From Ostreococcus lucimarinus (taxonomy: Eukaryota), in assembly GCA_000092065.1 (NCBI GenBank), contig CP000581.1: a stretch of DNA of 64,000 nucleotides, one strand, 5' to 3'. Below, piece by piece: positions 57,659 through 64,000 of this stretch. A program made the translations under genes and the position numbers. How positions within the stretch are numbered: the stretch's first letter is position 1; every line of letters starts with the position of its first letter. The notes under the pieces were generated by a model, which was not told the origin of the DNA, did not search any database, and was given only the letters and a program-made list of their open reading frames with translations.

Positions 57659-57860
57659 GAAGGGCGCAGGCACCGCGCAGTGTGGCTTAAGATGGTGATC
57701 GCTGGATGCTCGAGTGCGAGTGCGAGTGCGGACGACGCGAGACGTTTCAAAGAAGAGATGGAGACGCTATGTTTACTACTCGAACTCGGTCTACGGCTAT
57801 GCTGGAATACAATCTATTAAGCTATTTCTAATTTTCATGGTCGTTTGTCGCGTGTACGTT

Positions 57861-60800
57861 CTACACGAACGAGAAAACCATATCCACTTCGCCATGTACG
57901 AGGCGAATTTGACGTGACTTGACGAATTTCAAAGAGCACTCGACCACAGATTCGCCCGATCTTCCTAGATCGCTGTCGTTCAAAGGCGCTTCAGAGGGAA
58001 CGCATGGCATATAATGCGAAGTTCCTAACGGTAAAGCACCTCGAGTGAACGTGTGTCGCCATGAGGGAGTTAAATCCCAGATGTACACAAACGATAATTT
58101 GTCCAAATACGCCGCTACTTGATTCCCATCCGCATCGAACGACACTGCTTTCACAGAGAGCTCACCGGAATCGTACTCATCCATGGAAATCGATCGCATG
58201 TGGTCGACGAGTACGTTTGAAGAGTGTTTGACGCTGTTTTCGGGTGAGGTAAGGAGGCCGAGTGGATTCGACCAATTCGTCGCCAAGGCTTCACTCGTGG
58301 CTCTGTCAGTTAAATCTGTATGATTATCCTCCAAGGTTCGCCACTTCGTGGCAGTTTGTAAGTCGTATACGATCATGACAGTACCGTTTTTCACAGCTCC
58401 ATGTATGGCAGCCGTAAAACGCTGCGTCTCGCGATGGAAAGCCATCGATGAGGATTTACCAAGCTCAGTCAATAAAACGTTGACGCCTTGCAAGCAACTT
58501 TTCCTCAACGCTGAATTCGAGGGATTCAGCGCTAGCATCACGGTATCCATCAAGTAGGCAGCGTGAACTTGCAGCATTTTCACATTAGTCTGAGCGACGC
58601 GCATGAGCGCCATGAAGGCTAGCATGTGAGCCGGATGCTCTGGAGCCAGACTACGAAGACGGTTGTTCATGTGCGTAAAGAAGAACGGCGGGCTCGCTCC
58701 AGCGAAAGCCGAGAGCACGTCGCTCAGCGCTTCTCGGTTGATCATGGACTCAGTGGGATCGGTTGACATGCTCATAACTTTCGAAGAAAGCTCAAACACT
58801 TCTTCCAGGGCTTTGTTGGGATCGGCTAAACAGGACATCCAGTTTGAGTGCTTGATGCCTTCTGTCAATAAAGCAGCGGAGGTCAGGACGACCGTCTTAC
58901 TGGGGGATTTCAACCCCTCCAGAAGGGCGCGAGAGATCTTGATATTCCAGCTGTCGTGCACAGTCGTATTCGGTGTCAAGCAAGCCGTGCTTGAGATTAT
59001 TAAACCGAGTAAACCGTTCCCGAATTGGGAGTTGGGCGTCAAGCGATCCCATCTTGCGAATTGCTCGCACGTGAACAAATCATCCGGCGCTGCAAGCTCG
59101 AAAGACGGTGGTAAGGATTTCATAAGACAAGCGCACAGGAGTCTTTTCGAAGCTTGGCGCACGCACTCGACTTTGTCCATGCAATGCCACGCGTAAAAAA
59201 CTAAATCCGCGTCATCAACTACCCTATTCCTTGCCTCGACTGCTTCCATCACTTCGACGTACGGCGCCATGCTCACCGCCTCGCTCACTTGAACAATTCT
59301 GATGGCCGTGGCCGCCATAAAGAGACGGAGCTCGCGAGTTGTTGACGGCTTTTTCATACTGCGGACACCTGGTAAGTCAAAAGTTACCGAACCTTTCGCA
59401 CCGATGACACTCACGTCTGAGTATCTCGACTTGTTTGCGAAGAATTCATCAAATATGCTGGCGTCGAGGTTGCCTTCGGTTGATAGCACGAGCATTCCTA
59501 ACAGTAGGTGCAGCGCGCGTACTTCTTCGTCAACGAACGATCCGCTTATCACTGATGGCGATGATTTTATCGAATCGAGACTGATTCTTCGTTTAACACC
59601 GTGCGAAGGGAGACCATTCGATGCCGGGTCCAGTAACGCGTTGATGTCTGCGCTGATCGCGAACACGTTTGTTTGCACGCATCTCCACATCAATGGCTGA
59701 GGACGTCTCCTCGTGTACTTCCACTGACGCTGCGCCGGACCCAGCATGCCATGGAGCACGACGTGAAAAGACCCTTCCCGAAGATTGGCCATCATCGCTT
59801 GCACAGCGCCTCCCGTCAAGTGGCGCTCCAACACCCCCGTGAGAATGTCCCAAACGTGCAAGCTTCCGTCCTTACTCAGAACGGCTAGAACGCCTCGAGG
59901 TGCGTTCCATATCATTTCTTTGACTCCGAAACCGTTTCCAGGCATGATGAAATTAACGGCCCACGTGTCAGCGGACACTAGACCGAGCACTCCGTCATCG
60001 CCGATGGTGATGAACACGTTGTTCCAGCTCGCATCGCGAGCACTCATAGGTGCGGGGAGAAGCCACCGCACCGGACCTTGGTGGTGACGTAGCACGGCCA
60101 TATTTTTCGATGATGCGTAGTCCCATGCGCGAACTGTGCCATCCTTGCCACCCGATAATAAAAAGGATTCCTTCTTATCGCCAGTCCAGTCCAGCAAGGA
60201 AAGCACGGCGCCGTCGTGTCCGCGGAAACTCGTCGACGGTGCGCTGCTTCCGTACAATGGCTGGGAACATATGGTCCCATCAGAGTAGCCGTACACGTAC
60301 GATTCGGGGGCGTATCGTGCTCCTTTCGCGGGTGCACACGAAGTCACGACCACGTTCGAGGGAGAAGACTCCCATCTATCTGCCAAGGAAAACGAACCAG
60401 CCGGAGAAGACACGACGCAACAATCTTCACTGCCTTGCGCGCACACGCGTCCGATCGCGGTGTCGAGCTCGTGATGAAAAACGTCACGCTCGCGCACGTC
60501 ACCGATGTATTGCACGATCGGTTTAGCGATATTATTCCACCCAGTCAAATCGAACGCGCTCGCTTCTGGCGCCGACGGCGATTCGTCGTCGCCGCTCTCG
60601 GCGGGCGCTCCGACGCACGACCAGACGTGCGTCCGCCCATCTTCATCGCGCACACCGAGCGCCCCGCTCGAGTCCACGAAAATCTCCACCATTTTTTTCA
60701 ATTCTTGAGGTATCTCCAGCACCACGCCAACGTCGCTCAGTGGGTCGATGACTTCGCATCGCCGTCGCCGCGTCGCCTCCGCGACGACGACGACGGCGAC

Positions 60801-61268
60801 GCCGCCGACGCCGTTCGCGAATTCCACTTCTCTTTCGCACACCATCCCCACTCTTTCCCCACCGCTCGCGATGAATCGTTTATGTAAGCACTCCCCGCTT
60901 CGTCGATCCCACGCGCACACCCCTCCGCTCGCATCCACGCTCACCATCGCCCTTCGCGTCCTCGCGAACGCCTCGACGCCGTCGTCGTGTCCCGCGCACG
61001 CCTGTCTCGCCCCCAGCGCGTCGCCGTCGTCGTCGACCTCGAGCGCCCATCGCACGATCGCTCCGTCTCTCGCCCCCGTCCACGCCCACGTCCGCACGTT
61101 CGCGCGCGACGTCGTCGCGATCCCGTCGTCGTCGTCGTCCCGTTCGCCTTCGCCTTCGCCTTCGCCTTCGCCTTCGCGGTGCCGATTCGAGACGTCGTCG
61201 ACGACGAGCGCGGTGACGACGTGCGCGAACGGCGCGTCGGCGAACTGCGCGCACGCGCACGCGCGCAT
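57861..61268 (-). CDS. Large WD40-repeat protein (WDR7 / rabconnectin-3-beta-like). Start position uncertain.
   Basis: WD repeats (GHDGAVLSLLDWTGDKK...LSGGKDGTVRAWDY, ...GDDGVLGLVSADTW, LSKDGSLHVWDI) followed by a long helical C-terminal region. The start is placed at the first ATG (61268-61266) after the Arg-rich junk. The N-terminus contains an (EG)5 tract. Confidence 0.6.
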   Translation of the reverse strand: MRACACAQFADAPFAHVVTALVVDDVSNRHREGEGEGEGEGERDDDDDGIATTSRANVRTWAWTGARDGAIVRWALEVDDDGDALGARQACAGHDDGVEAFARTRRAMVSVDASGGVCAWDRRSGECLHKRFIASGGERVGMVCEREVEFANGVGGVAVVVVAEATRRRRCEVIDPLSDVGVVLEIPQELKKMVEIFVDSSGALGVRDEDGRTHVWSCVGAPAESGDDESPSAPEASAFDLTGWNNIAKPIVQYIGDVRERDVFHHELDTAIGRVCAQGSEDCCVVSSPAGSFSLADRWESSPSNVVVTSCAPAKGARYAPESYVYGYSDGTICSQPLYGSSAPSTSFRGHDGAVLSLLDWTGDKKESFLLSGGKDGTVRAWDYASSKNMAVLRHHQGPVRWLLPAPMSARDASWNNVFITIGDDGVLGLVSADTWAVNFIMPGNGFGVKEMIWNAPRGVLAVLSKDGSLHVWDILTGVLERHLTGGAVQAMMANLREGSFHVVLHGMLGPAQRQWKYTRRRPQPLMWRCVQTNVFAISADINALLDPASNGLPSHGVKRRISLDSIKSSPSVISGSFVDEEVRALHLLLGMLVLSTEGNLDASIFDEFFANKSRYSDVSVIGAKGSVTFDLPGVRSMKKPSTTRELRLFMAATAIRIVQVSEAVSMAPYVEVMEAVEARNRVVDDADLVFYAWHCMDKVECVRQASKRLLCACLMKSLPPSFELAAPDDLFTCEQFARWDRLTPNSQFGNGLLGLIISSTACLTPNTTVHDSWNIKISRALLEGLKSPSKTVVLTSAALLTEGIKHSNWMSCLADPNKALEEVFELSSKVMSMSTDPTESMINREALSDVLSAFAGASPPFFFTHMNNRLRSLAPEHPAHMLAFMALMRVAQTNVKMLQVHAAYLMDTVMLALNPSNSALRKSCLQGVNVLLTELGKSSSMAFHRETQRFTAAIHGAVKNGTVMIVYDLQTATKWRTLEDNHTDLTDRATSEALATNWSNPLGLLTSPENSVKHSSNVLVDHMRSISMDEYDSGELSVKAVSFDADGNQVAAYLDKLSFVYIWDLTPSWRHTFTRGALPLGTSHYMPCVPSEAPLNDSDLGRSGESVVECSLKFVKSRQIRLVHGEVDMVFSFV
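61144..61177. repeat. (GCCTTC)5 hexanucleotide repeat, encoding EGEGEGEGEG on the minus strand
   Basis: gccttcgccttcgccttcgccttcgccttcg. Confidence 0.9.
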
Positions 61269-61430
61269 CGGTGCGACCGACCGACGCGACGCGACGATGC
61301 GTGACGACGACGCGCGACGCGCGCGAATCGACGCGAATCGAATCCACAATCCACGGGCGCGTCCCGTTCGTTCGTCGCGTTCGCCGCGCGCCGCATTCGA
61401 CGACGCGTGGAATCGCGACGGCGCGCGCGC

Positions 61431-61436
<6 letters not shown>
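61269..61436. promoter_or_regulatory. 168-bp bidirectional promoter between the WD-repeat gene (-) and Ycf66 (+)
   Basis: Divergent start codons. Confidence 0.4.
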
Positions 61437-61462
<26 letters not shown>

Positions 61463-62363
61463 GATGATGACGCGCGGAATCGCGACGCGTCGACCGCCGT
61501 CGCGCGCGAACGCGCTCGCCGCGCGCGCGTCGACGACGCTGCGAGGCGACCGCGCGGTCGGGCGGCGCGGGGGGACGCGCGAAGACGCGCGGCGATGGAC
61601 GCGCGGCGATGGACGCGCGCGACGAGGACGCGCGAGGACGCGAGCGATGCCCGCGGTGAAGGCGCTCGTGCAAGTCGATCTCGGGCCGTCCGTCGTCCTG
61701 GGATCGTCGCTCATGATTAGCGCGATTGCGCTGTACCAGGTGCGGGCGGCGAGGCCGGAGGTGTCGAGGGACAAGGACGTGTTCTTTAGCTCTATAGGAT
61801 TGCTGTGCGGGGGGATTTTGATCTTTCAGGGATGGCGATTGGATCCGTTGATGCTGTTCGGGCAATTACTCACGACTGCCACCGCGGTGGCGTTCGCGAC
61901 GGAGACGATTTCGCTCAGGCAAGAGTTGCTCGACGTCGAGGACGCGGGGGACTCGGGGACGCGCGGGCGACCGGGACGAGGGCAGCGAGGGCGACGATCG
62001 GGACGGGTTCGGTCGTTACCGCCGGTCAATGACCGCAATGTTGAGTCGAGGGTAGATTACGGCGCGCGCAGAGGGTATTCGCGCGAGAATGACGAGGAAT
62101 CAGAAGACGCGTTTTACGCCGCGACGGCGGCGAGCTACGGAAACCGTCGCGCCGCGAGGTCTTCAACCGGCGCGCGCCGCGGCGACGACGGCGATTTCTA
62201 CGACATCGACGCCGACGTAAGCGATAGTTTTGACGGCGAACAGTCCGATGACGACGCGAGTCCGTATCGCGATGGTTTCCGCGCCGCCGCGGGCGACGCG
62301 TCGTCGACGCCGCGGCCCTCGAGCGGCAAGAATTGGGAAAACGACGACTGGGATTTCGTGTAA
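61437..62363 (+). CDS. YCF66: Nuclear-encoded Ycf66-family protein with a Thr/Arg/Ala-rich transit peptide and an acidic C-terminal tail
   Basis: LGPSVVLGSSLMISAIALYQVRAARPEVSRDKDVFFSSIGLLCGGILIFQGWRLDPLMLFGQLLTTATAVAFATETISLR closely parallels plastid/cyanobacterial Ycf66 (...RPEVSRDYDIFFSTVGLLCGGILFFQGWRLDPILLFGQ...). ATG at 61437 (MTTTTTTTTMM...). Confidence 0.8.
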
Positions 62364-62713
62364 ATTACCCGCGGGCGCGTCGACCGCACCTCATCATTTG
62401 TTGTTCACCTTAAATAATCAAGTTTTTCCTCGCGCGCGCGACCGCGACCGACGCCTTCGTGCGACCTCACCCAACCCTGGCGCAGACGCGCGTCGCGCGC
62501 GCGTCCGCGTCATTAGAGGGTCCAAGGTCCGTGTGTTTTTATTTATCACGCAAACACACCGACGCCGTGATCCAAGATCCCGCATTGAATATCACGCGAA
62601 CGCTATCTCTCGCACACCGATACTTTAGATCTCGTCATCCCGACGCCCGGGCGTCCGGATAGCGCACGCGAGCGTCGCGGCGTCAACGCGCGGCGCGCGA
62701 GCCATCGCGTGCG

Positions 62714-62843
62714 ATGGCGACGGCGCCGAGTAAGATTGTGGAGAAGAAAGACTTCCCAGCGGGGCTCGGGGTTTTAGTCGTCGACGATGACTTGTTGTGC
62801 CTGAAAGTCGTGGAGAAGATGCTGAAGGCGTGCAAGTACAAAG
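62714..62843 (+). CDS. ARR-B: Type-B (GARP) two-component response regulator, exon 1 (receiver domain N-terminus)
   Basis: MATAPSKIVEKKDFPAGLGVLVVDDDLLCLKVVEKMLKACKYK, then aag|GTGCGA donor. Confidence 0.8.
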
Positions 62844-63166
62844 GTGCGACCGATGGCGCGCGAGCGTTGCGCCCCGACGTTGAGACGACGCGGCGACGGA
62901 AGACACGGCGACGCGAACGCGAACGCGGCGGCGAACGATGCGAAGGAATACGTTCGATCGTGCGTGGGCGCGCGATGGACGCGCGAACGCTCGCGCGAGG
63001 CGCGCGAGGCGTGCGATTGGGAATCGGGCCCTCATCGGAACTCACCCTGGGACCCAACCCTGGACGAGCTAAGGGTTGACAAATCGGACGGGATATGACA
63101 CGACGAGCGACGCGACGAAACGAACGCGACGACTGACGAAATGATGACGATGCCGTTGAACGCACA
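62844..63166 (+). other. Spliceosomal intron (323 nt), phase 1: GTGCGA...CTGAC(branch, 63132-63136)...gcaCAG
   Basis: Joining 62843 to 63167 gives ...CKYK|[36 protein letters not shown]..., matching the canonical ARR-B receiver [40 protein letters not shown]. The unspliced frame terminates soon after exon 1. Confidence 0.8.
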
Positions 63167-64000
63167 GTCACCGCGTGTTCCACCGCCAAGACTGCGCTGG
63201 AGATTCTGCGAACGCGAAAGGAAGAGTTTGACATCGTGCTGAGCGACGTGCACATGCCAGACATGGATGGGTTCAAGCTGTTGGAGATCATTCAGTTTGA
63301 ACTCGCTTTACCCGTTCTCATGATGAGTGCGAACTCGGACTCGAGCGTGGTATTGAGAGGGATCATTCACGGGGCGGTAGACTATTTGTTGAAGCCCGTT
63401 CGAATCGAGGAGTTGCGTAATATTTGGCAACACGTCGTTCGACGCGACTACTCGTCGGCGAAGAGCTCGGGATCGGAAGACGTGGAGGCTTCGTCGCCGA
63501 GCAAGCGTGCGAAAACGTCTGGGTCGAATTCGAAGAGCGAAGAGGTCGATCGGACGGCAAGCGAGATGAGTTCGGGCAAAGCGAGGAAGAAACCGACGGG
63601 TAAGAAGGGAGGCAAGAGCGTCAAGGAAGCGGAAAAGAAGGACGTCGTGGATAACTCGAACTCAAAGAAGCCTCGAGTGGTGTGGAGCGCTGAGCTCCAC
63701 GCGCAGTTCGTGACCGCAGTGAATCAACTTGGAATCGATAAAGCTGTGCCAAAACGTATTTTAGATCTCATGGGGGTTCAAGGTTTGACGAGAGAAAACG
63801 TCGCGAGTCACTTGCAAAAGTATCGACTATACCTCAAGCGTTTGCAAGGAAACGATGCCCGCGGCGGCGGCAACGCCTCTTCGACTGGGGCCCGCTCAAA
63901 GGACGGACAGTTGAGCAATAACGGCTCCAAGATTTCCACGAGCACGTTCTTAGGGGATGATACCATCTTTCACGGCGGCGATTTGAGTCTCCCCGGGGAC
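63167..64000 (+). CDS. ARR-B: Type-B response regulator, exon 2: rest of the receiver (phospho-Asp in [11 protein letters not shown], Lys in LLKP) plus a GARP/Myb-like DNA-binding domain. It is 3'-truncated by the window end.
   Basis: KPRVVWSAELHAQFVTAVNQLGIDKAVPKRILDLMGVQGLTRENVASHLQKYRLY is the GARP signature. The frame is open to base 64000. Confidence 0.85.

Noticed and set aside
60941-61774. 277-aa and other Arg-rich ORFs overlapping the WD-repeat gene N-terminus and Ycf66 promoter
   Set aside because: Homopolymeric R/A/S runs with no conserved motifs.
61269-61865. First 199 codons of the 57861-61865 WD ORF
   Set aside because: Poly-Arg/His junk. The conserved WD-repeat sequence begins after Met 61268.
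1-64000. CRISPR arrays, tRNA, rRNA, transposases, integrases, reverse transcriptase
   Set aside because: The tandem repeats present are coding microsatellites or short spacer duplications without regular repeat-spacer architecture. No GTTCGA/T-loop-type tRNA candidates or rDNA-like conserved blocks were seen in the spacers, and no ORF resembles transposase, RT or integrase families.
1-64000. Prokaryotic or giant-virus origin of the window
   Set aside because: Spliceosomal introns with GT...AG and branch motif; organellar transit peptides; eukaryote-only genes (coatomer, MCM6, Mago, CPSF2, PIGS, NRDE2, CCDC22); bidirectional Pol II-style promoters. The PLOD-like and GT25 genes do have viral and bacterial relatives, but they are embedded in ordinary host context.

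Overview
This window is eukaryotic nuclear DNA, not prokaryotic or viral. It is very gene-dense: about 36 protein-coding genes in 64 kb, roughly one per 1.8 kb, nearly all as single uninterrupted exons. I could support only two spliceosomal introns: an 88-nt GTAAGT...CAG intron after a 109-nt first exon of CPSF2, and a 323-nt GTGCGA...CAG intron in a type-B response-regulator gene. Intergenic spacers are short (60-650 bp), GC-rich and full of (CG)n and (GAC)n tracts. Many genes sit head-to-head on 150-450 bp shared promoters. The gene content points to a photosynthetic green-lineage unicell with a compact, GC-rich, intron-poor genome, most consistent with a Mamiellophyceae-like picoalga; this is inference and the taxon is not certain. 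The supporting genes are a plastid-type aspartate-semialdehyde dehydrogenase, CbbY, Ycf66 and fibrillin with Arg/Ala/Thr-rich transit peptides, a Mini-RNase III, a GARP type-B response regulator, and an ACOX ending in the peroxisomal signal SKL. I found no rRNA, tRNA, CRISPR array, transposase or reverse transcriptase. The most notable items are: (1) one polypeptide fusing serine palmitoyltransferase LCB2 and LCB1 with an extra ~370-aa polytopic membrane domain; (2) two collagen-glycosylation-type glycosyltransferases (PLOD-GT-like and GT25) 4 kb apart; (3) MCM6 and MCM-binding protein 5 kb apart; (4) a chimeric peroxidase / (Pro-Ala)n / PAN-apple secreted protein; (5) perfect 42-bp direct repeats bracketing a PLAC8 gene; (6) (GAC)n.(GTC)n tracts read in different frames as poly-D, poly-T and poly-V at several CDS ends. 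All functional calls rest on motifs I recognise by eye and need alignment or HMM confirmation.
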